From Octopus vulgaris (Eukaryota), in assembly GCA_951406725.2 (NCBI GenBank), contig OX597820.1:89156001-89220000 (forward strand): a stretch of DNA of 64,000 nucleotides. Reading direction: 5' to 3'. Below the pieces are notes generated by a model. It was not told the origin of the DNA. It searched no databases and saw nothing but the letters and a program-made list of their open reading frames with translations. This document shows positions 1-13,256 of the stretch, one piece after another (within the stretch, counting starts at the first letter, position 1; each line of letters opens with the position of its first letter). Both the position numbers and the translations under genes were made by a program.

Positions 1-208
1 CGAAAACACCTAAAAGCTCCATGAGGCTCCGGCAGGGGGTGGGGTGTTGTACTCCTTCGCCACAACTTTCTCTTCGTCTCTCTTCCTGTTTCTTGAGTAA
101 CGCTGCGATGGACTGGCGTCCTGTCCAGCTGGGGGGAACACATACGCCACAGAAACCGGGAAACCGGGCCCATGAGCTTGGCTAGGCTTGAAAAGGGCGA
201 AAAAAAAA
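1..208 (+). mobile_element. 3' part of a tRNA-derived SINE; body shared with 3571-3955, different tail
   Basis: cgaaaacacctaaaagctcca..gaggctccggcag matches the reverse complement of about 3770-3861; ends in an A-run. Confidence 0.65.
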
Positions 209-230
209 CTTTTGTTATGATAGAGTAAGG

Positions 231-448
231 TAAGGCGGCTAGCTGGGCAGAATTGTTGGCACGCCGGGCGAAATGCTCAGCGGGATTTCGCCTGCCGTTA
301 CGTTCTGAGTTCAAATTCCGCCAAGGTCAACTTTTCCTTTCATCCTTCAGAGTCGATAAACTAAGTAGCGGTTACGCATTGGGTTAATTTAATTGTCTAG
401 CTCCCTCCCCACAAATTTCAAACCTTGTGCCTATAGTAGAAAGGATTA
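231..448 (+). mobile_element. SINE family B (tRNA-like head, gcctttcatcctttcggggtcgataaattaagtacc core)
   Basis: Head aaggcggc..ctggcagaa..gttcaaattcc; the same sequence recurs many times in the window. Confidence 0.8.
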
Positions 449-669
449 TGAGAGAGTAAGATTGCGTGGTAGAACTGAACGCTCGGATGCAATGGTTGAT
501 CAGATGTCTGTTGGATCAAAGCTGGCTTTCTCTCTCTTTCTCCTTGTATGTTTGTCTCCCTCTCGAACGTTTCTAACACTTTACCTCATTCAATTCACGT
601 AATTTGTTTTATTCTTACCTTGCGCGCGTAAGCGAAAGCAGGGTATTGTAATCAGTCATCTTTGTTTAT

Positions 670-1067
670 ACTCTTTTACTTGTTTCAGTCATTTGACTGC
701 GGCCATGCTGGAGCACCACCTTTAATCGAGCAACTCGACCCCAGGACTTATTCTTTTGTAAGCCCAGTACTTATTCTATCGGTCTCTTTTGCCGAACCGC
801 TAAGTAACGGGGACATAAACACACCAGCATCGGTTGTCAAGCAATGTTGGGGGGACAGACACAGACACAGACACAAACACGCATATATATATATACATAT
901 ATACGACGGGCTTCTTTCAGTTTCCGTCTACCAAATCCACTCACAAAGCTTTGATCGGCCCGAGGCTATAGTAGAAGACACTTGCCCAAGGTGCCACGTA
1001 GTGGAACTGAACCTGGAACCATGTGGTTGGTAAACAAGCTACTTACCACACAGCCACTCCTGCGCCT
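670..1067 (-). mobile_element. SINE family A (tRNA-derived, CORE-type, octopus OR-like) with internal microsatellite
   Basis: Reverse strand reads aggcgcaggagtggctgtgtggt..ggttccaggttcag..ccttgggcaagt; tail gtaaaagag. Confidence 0.9.
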
Positions 1068-1219
1068 ATGTTTGTCTGTGTTTACAAAATTACTGGAAAA
1101 CGGTTGAACGGATTTTCACCAAATTTGGCAGAAATATTCACTGGGTGAGTGGCTCGAAATAATGAAAATTTGGTTTGATTATCTTCAAGCATACATAAAT
1201 ACATACATAGATATGCGAC

Positions 1220-1286
<67 letters not shown>

Positions 1287-1675
1287 ATGCGTGTACAGTG
1301 ATGGTTTTGAGGGTTTCGTTCATTTACGAGTTGATTTCTTAATTTCACCGGAAGTACCTATAATGGCGATACTTCCAAAAAAAAAAAAAAGAAAAAAAAT
1401 TAAAGGAAATCGAACTTACAAATTTCCTGATAAGCAAGTGGTCATATTATTTATATTCTACAACGAACTACAGTACGTTTGATTCACCTACAATCATTGA
1501 AAGACGTTGAAAACACTTAAATTCTATGCAATATTTTTGTTCACTTTCTTTTTCAAATGAATCGACCCTCGTCTGCGTGTGTATAGGTCATGGTGTATCT
1601 ATGCGCCTAGATACATGTGGATACATACATACATACATACATACATACGTAAATACATACATGGATATGCGACTC

Positions 1676-1706
<31 letters not shown>

Positions 1707-1772
1707 GAACAGTGATGGATTCAAGGGTTTCGTTTATTTACGAGTTGCTTTCACCGGAGTATAAATACGTAT

Positions 1773-2178
1773 ACTCTTTTACTCTTTTACTTGTTTCAAT
1801 CATTTGACTGCGGCCATGCTGGAGCACCGCCTTTAGTCGTGCAAATCGATACTGGGACTTATTCTTCGTAAGCCTAGTATTTATTCTATCGGTCTCTTTT
1901 ACCGAACCGCAAAGTTACGGGGGATTTAAACACACCAGCATCGGTTGTCAAGCAATGCTAGGGGGACAAACACAGACTCGCAAACATACACACACAAATA
2001 TATATACATATATACGACGGGCTTCTTTCAGTTTCCGCCTACCAAATCCACTCACAAGGCTTTGGTCGGGTCGAGGCTATAGTAGAAGACGTTTGCCCAA
2101 GATGCTACGCAGTGGGACTGAACCCGGAACCATGTGGTTGGTAAGCAAGCTACTTACCACACAGCCACTCTTGCGCCT
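1773..2178 (-). mobile_element. SINE family A, full length
   Basis: Colinear with 670-1067. Confidence 0.9.
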
Positions 2179-2837
2179 ATATAGGTGAAACTTAAAAAAA
2201 AAAAAAGAAATTAACTCAGTTCAATTAAAACGCATGTGTAAGCAACGCATTGCAAGCCACACTATAATTTTGGGAAAAATATTTATCCGTGCGCAGGGTC
2301 CGCATCGCCCTCCAATGCCGTTTGTTTTTCTTTTTAAAACTTGTTATTAATTCATACACCAATAAGTTGAACAAAAATATCAGAAATGAATAAAACATAG
2401 TATTTTTGTTATTCAACAAATACTAACTACTCACGATTCGATACGCTGAGATGCCTTTTTTTTTATTATCTCATTCATTAATTGGAAAGTGACAAAAATG
2501 CATCTCGATCTACACATATATCAAGCAAAATGGCGAAGGTAAAGGATAAGTACACCCAGTGTTTAGGGTTAAGGTTAGGGTTTAGGGTTATGGTTACGTT
2601 GAAAACGGGTGGTGTACGTATTCTACCTCCGCCAGCAAAACAATATTTGAAGGAGAGAGATATAGGGAGAGAGAAGGAAAGAGAGAGAGAGAGAGGATGG
2701 GGCTTTGAATACAGGGTTCCACAAAGGATAGAAGCATATCGAAGTAAAATACATTACAAATTGGCCAGACAGAATGAAGCAAAGCAGACAGTTAAGTGAT
2801 CCATTATCACAGCACAGAATTCATCGATAAAAGGAAG

Positions 2838-3264
2838 GGATCTTTTCGGTTTGAACGGTAGTTTTTAACATAATTTCTAGGTAACTAAAAAATGTTAAAC
2901 TTCGTATACTGGTAGAATGTGTTTATAAAACATCTTTTTCTCTTGGCTTTATTGAGAAAATTCTATAGTTTGTAAGATATTTGTTGTTCTTTTCTTCAAT
3001 TTCTGCAATTTCAACCAATCACTGACGTCCATTGAAAACATTATGTGCCGTATGAATATGTCCCTCGTTTAAGAAACAGATTGGGTTTATTTACATTGGT
3101 GAAGAAAAAAAAGATACCCTTCCACCCACCCCTAACCCTAACCCTAACTAAACCCAACCCTAAAACAGATTGAAATGTAATATATCAATACTAGGGTCAT
3201 AATTATGGGTGACAATTTCATATGACACCGCTAGAAAAAACTGCCGTTCAAACCGAAAAGATCC
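2838..3264. mobile_element. MITE, probably Merlin superfamily
   Basis: TIRs ggatcttttcggtttgaacgg / ccgttcaaaccgaaaagatcc; exact 8-bp TSD aaaggaag on both sides; GG termini. Confidence 0.85.
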
Positions 3265-3570
3265 AAAGGAAGTTCACAGTTGTTTGGTAATCCACAATTC
3301 CAATATTATTCAAAAGTATCTAACGATAAATGGATCCACAAGCATGGCGTAAATACAGGGTTATAATCCGACCTTTACCTTCATGAAGTACAACTGCGTA
3401 TTCCGGCTATCGCTCGTATGGATGTAGATGTTTTATTTTTCATGAGAAAACTATACATACAAGTATGTATTAAAACAAAGACTGGAAATTATGACAAAAA
3501 TTAAAAATAAATTCTTGTCTTTGTTTGACCTACCTTCCTACACACACACATATATAGATACATACATATT

Positions 3571-3955
3571 TGGAAGCACTCCGTCGGTTACGACGACGAG
3601 GGTTCCGGTTGATCCGAATCAACGGAACAGCCTGCTCGTGAAATTAACGTGTAAGTGGCTGAGCACTCCACAGACATGTGTACCCTTAAAGTAGTTCTCG
3701 GGGATATTCAGCGTGACACAGAAAGTGACAAGGCCGGCCCTTTGAAATACAGGTACAAAAGAAACAGGAAGTAAGAGTGAGAGAAAGTTGTGGTGAAAGA
3801 GTACAGCAGGGATCACCACCATCCCCTCTGCCGGAGCCTCGTGGAGCTTTAGGTGTTTTCGCTCAATAAACACTCACAACGCCCGGTCTGGGAATCGAAA
3901 CCGCGATCCTATGACCGCGAGTCCGCTGCCCTAACCACTGGGCCATTGCGCCTCC
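3571..3955 (-). mobile_element. tRNA-derived SINE family C, full length
   Basis: Reverse strand has A box tggcccagtgg and B-box-like ggtttcgattccc, followed by a non-tRNA body. Confidence 0.8.
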
Positions 3956-3975
3956 ATACATACATATATATCATA

Positions 3976-4240
3976 TATATCACCAAGCATAGATTGGCAT
4001 ATTTCGGTCATATTATGCGGAGAAAATCCCTGGAGAAGGACATCATGCTCGGAATGGTCAGTGGCAAGAGAGGAAGAGGCCGACCAAGAACCCGCTGGCT
4101 TGACACCATCAAGAGTGATACCGGAATGGACATAGCCAATCTGAAAGAAGCGGCCCAGGATAGAACTGACTGGAGGACACTGATCCAACGAGTAACCGAG
4201 AGTCGACTTCGACCGAGCGGATAGATAGATAGATAGATAG
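3976..4240 (+). mobile_element. RTE (BovB-like) LINE 3' fragment with (GATA)n tail
   Basis: LAYFGHIMRR..LEKDIMLG..GKRGRGRPRTRWLD, a typical RTE ORF2 C-terminus. Confidence 0.85.
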
Positions 4241-4294
4241 ATATATCATGTATATATACATACATACATACATATATACACAAACTCCCCCACA

Positions 4295-4393
<99 letters not shown>

Positions 4394-5288
4394 CATACAC
4401 ACATACATACATATATGATACATACATACATACATACATACATCTACTACACATGTGGAAAATTCTGTCTGTAGGTGTGTTTGTAGAGTTGTTAGGTAAC
4501 TCCTCCTACATCGTTTCATCAATTTTGATGAAACTTGACAAGTGACTAGAACTCATGTCTGGAAACCTCATGGCATCTTCAGATTTCTTTTATTCTTTTA
4601 CTTGTTTCAGTCATTTGACTGCAGCAATGCTGGAGCACCATGTTTAGTCGAACAAGTCGACTCCAGGACTTATTCTTTGTAAGCCTAGGACTTATTCCAC
4701 CGGTCTCTTTTGTCGATCTGCTAAGTTACGGATTAAGAAAAAAAATGTTATTCAGATATACCTTCATTTTAGTTGTTTACATTATTTTACGCTTGTTTAT
4801 ACGCTTATATTTTCAAAGTTCACAAATTTCCTTACTTAAATTATGAATCATATTCCTTTCGATAGTATCAATATTTTCTGTTTGGTCGACACAAATTTTC
4901 AAATTACTGGAGTCCGTTGCTCTACTCATAGCGACGTATAACTGGCCGTGTGTAAACATCGGAGTGGGTAAAAATACACCTATACGATCTAAAGTCTGGT
5001 CCTGTGCCTTGTTTGCTATGAATGCGCGAACGGATTCTTTAGGAATCTGTCTATCTACGATGGGAAATAAAGGGATAGTATCGCAAATGTAAACCCTCCA
5101 AATTCACGAACTATACGGGGAAGGAGGGTCGATCTAGAGTTAATCCTTGTCGGCAGAATTAAAAAAAAAATCGATGGTGATTTACTAATACAAAATTCAA
5201 TATCGGTAATTGTTCATACAGTGATTAAAGATGAGCCAAAGCCATCATAATCATTCCTTAATAAAACTATCCTAAACTAAAACTTTCG

Positions 5289-5443
5289 TAGGAGTGGCTG
5301 TGTGCTAAGTAGCTTGCTTACCAACCACATGGTTCCGAGTTCAGTCCCACTGCGTGGCAACTTGGGTGTCTTCTACTATAGCCTCGGGCCGACGAAAGCT
5401 TTGTGAGTGGATTTGGTAGAAGGAAACTGAAAGAAGCTCGTCG

Positions 5444-5510
<67 letters not shown>

Positions 5511-5628
5511 ATATATGTTTCTGTATTTGCCCCCCTCCACCCGCCAACATCGCTTGACAACCGATGCTGGTGTATTTACGTCCCCGTAACTTAGCGGTTT
5601 GGCAAAAGAGACCGATAGAATAAGTACT
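5289..5628 (+). mobile_element. SINE family A, 3'-truncated
   Basis: Matches other family A copies. Confidence 0.85.
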
Positions 5629-5629
5629 G

Positions 5630-6640
5630 TTTAACTGTTTAATCATGCCACGTACAGAAGAAGCCTTGGAACTATCCAAATTTCTGAAGGTAGACTTAGT
5701 CAACGTAAAATCGCAGAAAACCTTGGGATCCCACTGACTACAGTTAATAGGGTGATTGTGCAATTCACAAGAAAGAGAAAGGAGTCCACATCACCTTGCC
5801 TAGGTCGACCAGGGCAACTCTGACAGGTTCTCCTGTTTTATTAAGTGAAATGTGGAGGATAATCCTCGCTGCAAGGCCTCTGACATAGCAGAACAAGATG
5901 ATGTCAGTCTCAGAATAGCTGTCAGGTTTCTCCACAAACTTGGCTACTGTAGCAGAGCAATGGAAGCCACTTCTTCAACCAGCCAATATCAAGTGGGGAA
6001 AATATTGGGCCAGTGAGATGATGGAGTGCCCACTGGCATTTTGGGACACTATCATATTCTCTGATGAGTCCAGATTTGCTGTATTTTCTGACAGTAGTCG
6101 CGTGTGGCTCCGGAGACACTTTGATCAAAAATTTGACATGAAAAGATTACTGCCAACAACGAAACAAGGCAGCTATTCTGTGGTGGTCTGGGGAGAAATT
6201 TGGATTAATGGTCAATCAGAGATGGTGGAATTTGATGGAAACATAAACTCAAATAAATATGTGTCCATATTGCAGAAAGGACTCCTTCCAATCATCTCCA
6301 ATGGTGAAATGATTAAAGACAACTCTTTATTTATGGAAGATGGGGCTCCTTGTCCCACGGCTATAAAGACCTAAGATTTGTTGGAAAAGAATGGCATTAA
6401 AAACTTCCATGGCTAAGTCAGTCACCAGGTACGAACCCTATTGAATATCTCTGGGGCATAATGGACAGGACACTTCGTAAAAAGAACAAGAAAGCACCTT
6501 TAAAGCCAGATCATTTGAGGTTACTGCATGACACTTGGCAAGAAATTCCTATAGAGAATATTTGTCATCTGATCAGTAGCATGCCTTATAGAATCCTTGC
6601 ATTGAAAAATGCAAAGGACATGTCTACTAAATATTAGATA
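5630..6640 (+). pseudogene. Tc1-like DDE transposase remnant
   Basis: IIFSDESRF, VVWG, FMEDGAPC, then a frameshifted W.SQSP..NPIEYLW; HTH-like N-terminus. Confidence 0.85.
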
Positions 6641-6731
6641 TTCACATTATAATAATTAATAATTTCAGATTTAAACAAATCTTAACAATTATAAGGGTAT
6701 CTATTTACTTCTGTCATGCCTGTGCGCGCGT

Positions 6732-6797
<66 letters not shown>

Positions 6798-6939
6798 GTA
6801 CACGCAAACATGCACACATGTACATATTTATATATAGTAGCTTAGTACCGGGTGAAACGCCTAGGCAATAGAATTTCACATAGGAATAACTAAACACGTT
6901 TTATTAAATTATATCAGATAATTTTGCTAATAATTGGCC

Positions 6940-9200
6940 CCCCTTAGTAACTTGATCCTGGTTCATGTTATGCAGAAATGCGTCAATCTAATAAAGCCCC
7001 TTGTTAAGCCATATGTTCTGTCTGGTTATTTGAAACTTCGATAATTAATATTTCAACACTTCCTCTTTCGGAAGCTGTAACATGTTGCTCACCAGAGATT
7101 GATTTAAAAATCTGATCTTGTGCCTTATCTATAGTCAAAGCAAAACATGGTTTGCATGGAAAATGGAGACACCTAAATTTGATGTGGATCTCAGTGTCTG
7201 AAGGTGCCAATGAAAAAAAATTCTTGGTAAGTGGACAGTAACAGTTTTGTAGGGACTGGTGAAGATAATCCTTTCTACTATAGGCACAAGGCATGAAATT
7301 TGAGGGGAGAGAGCAAATCGGTTATATCCTTCCCAATGCTCAATTGGTAGTTATCTCATCGACCCCGAAAGGCAAAACCGACGTTGGCGGAATTTGAACG
7401 TAAAGATAGACGAAATGTCGCGAAGAATTTTGCCAGGAGTGCTAACGATTCTTCCAGCTCGCCGCCTTACTTCTGGAAATAATAGTATCAATGACATTAG
7501 CATGGAACCGAGATACGTCGCACCGAATTCCATTCCCTACTTTCTGAGGGTTCATATGCGTCAGAATCAAGATGGGGACCATAAACTTAAATTTCAAGAT
7601 GCGAAATGGTTTTCCTGAGAACTTATTTGAGTTTATGGGTTCTACTGGATAGGTTACAGCATCTTTATCCCTGGCAACAGTATCCACGGGCTGGTAGGTT
7701 CTCTATTTACCTGTAAATTCTCCCAACAGATAATTGTCGAGCTGACTGACAGTGGTGTTTAAAGGAGACAATACTGCTCTTTTTGCCCAGATACTCAGAC
7801 CTGATTCTATTGGGGCAATGCAAGGAAAGACCCAGATCTTTAAATCAATCGATTTGAACCTCTGAATCCTCTACTTCCTTGATGAGCAATATGTTACAGC
7901 TTCCGAAACTGGGAGTTCCGAAGAATTAATTATCAAGGCTCCAAATAACCAGGCAAAACATATAGTCTAACAAGGGACTTTATCAGACTGATGCATTTCT
8001 GCATAACATAAATCAGATTCAAGTTACTAAAGGGGAATATAAATATAATGTCGGATTCTCTCACAGCGGACAACTGTCCATCGTCAATTTCTAGTCATAG
8101 CTTCGCAAAGTTTACGGCACTGTCTTCAAATGGTAGGTGAAGTGGTCAATTGTTTGATAATAACGTTACACCGTAGATAAGACGTTTTCAGGTTTTCACA
8201 GATGATATCGGATTTTGTTTCACCTTCTACCACTGGGAGAATCTATCTAAAGTCTCTACAGGGATGTGTGGGGATGTCTCCCATGGGTTTATTAATACTC
8301 AATATGTAATAAAAAGTGCGGTCCATTTCTTCATAAATTGACTTGTTCGTCAATGGTGCAACAACTATAAAACAACTATAAAAGCTGTATCTTTCATTGT
8401 CTAACTCTAGTTTAAACGACATTTTATATCACATATTGGCTGGTCTAGTAGGTAGGTGTCGAGTGGAATACTGAATATGCTACGGATTGTTTGTCCTCCC
8501 CGAAACTATGACGCTGTGATATTCGAGAACGCTATACCTAGGGCAATTTTGTCCATTGAGTTAACATATTTAAGAACTGTGTTGACTACAAAGCTCTTTC
8601 CTGTGCGGCCAGGACCATTCAAGCACAGGATTTTACTATTGTCATAGTATCAATGCAGACACATCTCTTTAACTGCATTGCAGACTTAACGCTGGTCCTA
8701 TGTCTGTTAGATTTTGTTGGAGGACTTCTATTTCAATGTGGAGTTGTTCTTGGTTATAATCAAGCTCTCTTGCACATATTCTTGGGTATGGTTCATACAC
8801 AAGTCTATACTATCAGAGTAAAACGTTCATCACATGTAGTGAACTACCTTTCCCTATCATCAAAAGCATATTTTCAAGAGATCACGGTTATAAATTTGAT
8901 CAAGGTAGTTTACAAGTAGTTCATAAACCTACGATGTTACACCAGACAATCTAACTATTCCAAAATCCTCAACGCAGCTTCAGAACTTCAAACATAACAT
9001 CTAGTTTGAAACAACCTTATCTCGCCGACAGCATAATTATTACCATCAGCTCTTTGAAGTTCAATGGTTACCTGATCACTCCCTGTAGTAACATATTTTG
9101 TGACGTATTTGACACTGTTAACCCTCCGGAGACGGGGCCTCATTTGGAGTTTCAGTGCCAAGAAGACGGAGCCCTTTTCACAAGCCTTACAGAGGGCATG
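6940..9200 (-). pseudogene. Helitron RepHel (Rep + PIF1 helicase) remnant, interrupted by a SINE and an inverted piece
   Basis: VKYVTKYVTTGSDQ (Rep-linked), Walker A LNGPGRTGKSF (about 8590-8625), GDFRQILPV, YPVEPINS..GNGIRC, FPCKPCFALTIDKAQ. Confidence 0.8.
7265..7470 (-). mobile_element. SINE family B nested in the Helitron helicase
   Basis: atcgaccccgaaagg..ggcggaatttgaac..ccagctcgccgcctta. Confidence 0.75.
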
Positions 9201-9397
9201 CACTTATTCAAAAAAGAAAATTATAAAAAATAAATTAATTACTTTATATGTATGAAATTATATATATTCTTGTAGCATATAGAATGAACTAAACAATCTT
9301 TTTTGTCATTCTACTTGTCTCTTAAGGGTTAAAAATCTCAACACAGATGACGCAGTCGAATTGGCGAATGAGGAATGGGCTGTAGGGTCCACTAATT

Positions 9398-9454
<57 letters not shown>

Positions 9455-9474
9455 ACACACATACACATATCTAA

Positions 9475-9675
9475 ATGTAACTACATGTGAATCGTTGGTG
9501 ATTTTCTTCCTCTGTTTTCCTTTCTATTGGACTTTGCTCTGTTTCTGAAGAAGAGCGTTGCTCGAAACGTTAAACCACCTTTCTTGCCTTCACTGACCGT
9601 CTGCTAATACTTTACATGTACCACGTCCTGGCGTTGTTGCTTTTTTTGTGTTTGTTCTTTTTCTAGATTTACTAT
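9475..9675 (+). mobile_element. Short Penelope-derived module carrying a minimal hammerhead-like motif
   Basis: Diverged reverse complement of 50588-50797; motif at 9541-9575. Confidence 0.6.
9541..9575 (+). ncRNA. Minimal type I hammerhead ribozyme candidate
   Basis: gttt CTGAAGA a gagc-gtt-gctc GAA acgt t aaac: stem I gttt/aaac, stem II, palindromic stem III. Confidence 0.65.
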
Positions 9676-9702
9676 ACACATACATGCATACATACATACA
9701 AA

Positions 9703-9741
<39 letters not shown>

Positions 9742-9874
9742 GTATATATGGAATGAAAGGGGCATTAAACTTGACACCAAAGTACAGGTCTATAAAGCTG
9801 AATTCTAACCACTCTAACTACCTTCTTGAATAGCTCAGGATCGTGAATACCATATAGGTGGTAGATGTTTTCCA

Positions 9875-10440
9875 AAAATTCTGTCTTAGGACCATCTGCG
9901 GTTAAACACTAAAAGATTATTTCAAATGTTGACCTGCTTAGCAAGTGTAAGATTGGTGGAATCGAAAATCTTCTTATGCAGTCACAACTGGGCTGGTCAT
10001 TAGAATGACGAAAGAGTATCCAAAGTCCTCATGTACAGCCAGCTTGATAGTGGGCTCAAGAATGTTGGTTGACCATGGCTCAGGTATGAAGACAAGGTAA
10101 AAGAATAACCTCTCAGAAGTCAATATAGCTCACAACACCTTAGAGCAAACAGCCTTGGAGCGAACAGAATGGAGATTGTCGTGACAAAATGGTATAAGAG
10201 ACTTTGTTTCAGCCAGCATTAACAGGCAAAGGGGGATGCAAGGCAAGGGAGAAAAGTAGTTACAAATATACGGCCTGCACTCACCCGTAATCCAACATAA
10301 TTGCAACACTTGCAGGTTTCTTTGCAAATCGTTGGCGGGACTCAAATGTCGCATTCGACATAAGCGTTATGACTGACAAAGAAAGTGCAGGCTGTGGGAT
10401 CCTCATACGTCAAAAGTAACAGGAGAGTCCACCACACACA
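9875..10440 (+). mobile_element. Degraded RTE LINE 3' end
   Basis: WAGH, PKVLMYSQL and RYEDKVK-like segments; terminal CNTC..CKSLAGLK finger. Confidence 0.65.
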
Positions 10441-10465
10441 CAGAATGTGTGTGAGTGTATGTGTT

Positions 10466-10511
<46 letters not shown>

Positions 10512-10625
10512 AATACACATACATACATTCAAACACAACATATGCATACGTAGCATGCTGACTACTTGATAAAAGTCATTAACGTGATTTTCAGGTTTAT
10601 ATTCTTTTATGAATTAATATATATA

Positions 10626-10891
10626 TATAATATAAGCGGGATCAGCCATCTGAATGTGGCTAGGGACAGGGCGGGGTGGGTGGGGGTGTTACTGATGCAT
10701 TTAGCCCCAGGCGACTATCGACGTCACCAGAAGAGCCGACACCATCACGGTGTCCTTGCTAGCGACACCGTGATGGTGTCGGCTCTTCTGGTGACGTCGA
10801 TAGTCGCCTGGGGCTAAATGCATCAGTAACACCCCCACCACCCCGCCCTGTCCCTAGCCACATTCAGATGGCTGATCCCGCTTATATTATA
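10626..10891. repeat. Near-perfect 266-bp palindrome (fold-back/MITE-like)
   Basis: Arms 10626-10754 and 10764-10891 differ by about one indel; 9-nt loop cttgctagc. Confidence 0.95.
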
Positions 10892-10954
10892 GAGCAGTTA
10901 CTGTTTACACCTCGCTCAGAGATTTATTATTGTTATATATATATATATACATAT

Positions 10955-11020
<66 letters not shown>

Positions 11021-11022
<2 letters not shown>

Positions 11023-12520
11023 CGGGAAGCTTTATGAAAATAAACAAAAGACGAAGGCAGGTGGAAAACAAACGAACAATTGTATTAGTATGGCGCTCAG
11101 GAAATATAAATAAAACAAGTCTTTAACGTTTCGAGCCTACGCTCTTCAACAGAAAGATACACAGAGAGAGAAAACACAGAAAGAAGGAGAGAAAAAAAAT
11201 GCGTGCAGTAGCTAACGAATCAACATGGCGATCTGATTTCGGCCAGAGGTCAAAGATCAAACATGAGACGCGAGAGCGAAATAAGGGGAGATAATAGGGT
11301 TGATAAAAGGGTTGAGGGACCAGCTAAAAGTGCGTTGGAGGGGTCTGGATGTGTGTATGTATAGGGTTGGTGTATGTATTAGTATGTATAAGGGTGTGTG
11401 TGTGTGTGTGTGTGTGTGTATGAGAGAGTATTAGTGCGTAGGATTGGTCTGGACGTGCGTATGTATGGGGTTGGTGTATGTATTAGTATGTATTAGTACG
11501 TATTGGTATGTATAGGTGTGTGTGTGTGAGAGAGTATAAGTGCGTATGCGGGGTCTGGACGTGTGTATGTATAGGGTTGGTGTAAGTATTAGTATGTACT
11601 AGTATGTATTAGTACGTATTAGTATGTATTAGTTGGTGTGTGTATTAGTATGGCACATCATATGTGATGTGATGTGTAAAGTCATGTGGTGTAGTGAGGA
11701 GAAGAGGGGGAGGGGGAGAAGAGGGGGGAGAGAAGGGGAGGGGAAGAAGAGGGGGAGGAGAAGGGGGGAGAGGAGAGGATGGGGGAGAAGGAAGGGGAGG
11801 AGGGGGATGAAGGAGGAAAGAGGGAGAGGGGGAGAGAGAAGGGGAGAGAGGGAGTGAGGGAGCAGAGGGAAGGGGAAGAGGGAGGGAGAAAGAGGGAAGA
11901 AGGGAAGGGGAGTAGGGGTGAAAGGATGAAGGACTGAAGAAGTAGGGGTCGGGGGAGAAAGGATAGGTGAGGAGGGGGGAGAGATGAGGAGGGGAGAGGG
12001 GGTTAGATGAGGAGGGGGGAGAGTTGAGACCAAATGGCGTATAAGAGCGAAGAGAGAAGATTAATTCCTGTTCACGGCACAAACGGGAATCCGGATGGCC
12101 TCTGTGTAAGGACAAACCGAACACAGATAGGTGTTGCAAGGAGTGACCGGTGGAGCGGAAATGGCGTGAGACCGGTGTGTCGTTCGCAAGGTGGATGTCA
12201 CGAAGGTGTTCCGCGAACCGGTCAGCCAAGCGGCGCCCCGTTTGTCCGATGTACAAGGAATTGCAGAGAGAGCAAGAGATAATATTGCTGGAGGTGCAGG
12301 TGAAGGAGTGGATGATGGGATAGGGTCGATGGTGGGTGCTAGGGATAGGGTCGATGGTGGTGTTGGAGAGGTAAGGGCAAGTGCGGCAACGTGGGCGGGA
12401 GCAGGGGAACGAGCCGGGTTGGGAGGTAGGGTCAGGGAAGGAGCTATGGACCAAAAGGTCTCGAAGGTTGTGGGCTCGTTTGAAAGAGGGGAGGGGTCGG
12501 TTAGGGAAGATGTGGCAACA
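11021..12520 (-). mobile_element. Penelope-like element (Neptune-type) 3' portion: Cys knuckle, GIY-YIG endonuclease, 3' UTR/pLTR
   Basis: CSRPRCRTC..FTCTSSN..CSLC..LYIGQTGRRLADRFAEH..REQELIFSL..PFGLN; ends at a (TA)n tract. Confidence 0.9.
11121..11156 (-). ncRNA. Minimal hammerhead-like motif (core variant CUGUUGA) in the PLE 3' region
   Basis: cttt CTGTTGA a gagc-gtag-gctc GAA acgt t aaag. Confidence 0.55.
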
Positions 12521-12805
12521 TTTGAAATGTTGTCGAGGTATATGTTGGCTGATGAAGATAAATCAAGTATATGTGTGCAGACATATCTTGACAAATTTGA
12601 AACCGGTACCACATTATCCCTTTCTAGGTATTTCATCTTTCAGATGTTCTCCCTGGAAATAAGACAATTTTTTTCAAGTTTGTTGCACACACGCATTTTT
12701 GCTAGTACATACGCAGTGAAGCTATACATTAGCGTCGTATTTATTACGTTCGCTATTTTCCAGTAAATATCGGTACTTCGTTGTACCATTTATTTGCTTT
12801 TATGT

Positions 12806-12857
<52 letters not shown>

Positions 12858-12859
<2 letters not shown>

Positions 12860-13256
12860 CGCAGGAGTAACTGTGTGGTAAGTAGCTTGCTTACCAACCG
12901 CATGGTTCCGGGTTCAGTCCCACTGCGTGGCACCTTGGGCAAGTGTCTTCTACTATAGCCTCGGGCCGACCAAAGCCTTGTGAGTGGATTTGGTAGACGG
13001 AAACTGAAAGAAGCCTGTCGTATATATGTATATTTATCTATATGTATGTGTGTATTTGTGTGTCTGTGTTTGTCCCCCTAGCATTGCTTGACGACCGATG
13101 CTGGTGTGTTTACGTCCCCGTTACTTAGCGGTTCGGCAAAAGAGACCGATAGAATAAGTACTGGGCTTACAAAGAATAAGTCCCGGGGTCGATTTGCTCG
13201 ACTAAAGGCGGTGCTCCAGCATGGCCGCAGTCAAATGACTGAAACAAGTAAAAGAG
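12858..13256 (+). mobile_element. SINE family A, full length
   Basis: Close match to the other full-length copies. Confidence 0.9.

Larger units (their letters stand above)
613..2330 (+). mobile_element. Helentron/DINE-1-like non-autonomous element with two nested SINEs
   Basis: 5' ttaccttgcgcgc..cagggt hairpin; core ggaaaacggttgaacggattttcaccaaatttgg at about 1095; distal gcgcagggt (about 2290) is complementary to the 5' sub-terminal repeat; T-rich flank; internal direct repeat about 1195-1335 / 1648-1750. Confidence 0.5.

Noticed and set aside
3128-3165. Telomeric (CCCTAA)n, also at 2562-2590
   Set aside because: Only a few degenerate units; the 3128 set is internal to a MITE.
11629-12033. 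Pro/Leu-rich and Arg/Gly-rich ORFs
   Set aside because: Low-complexity purine tract in the PLE 3' region.
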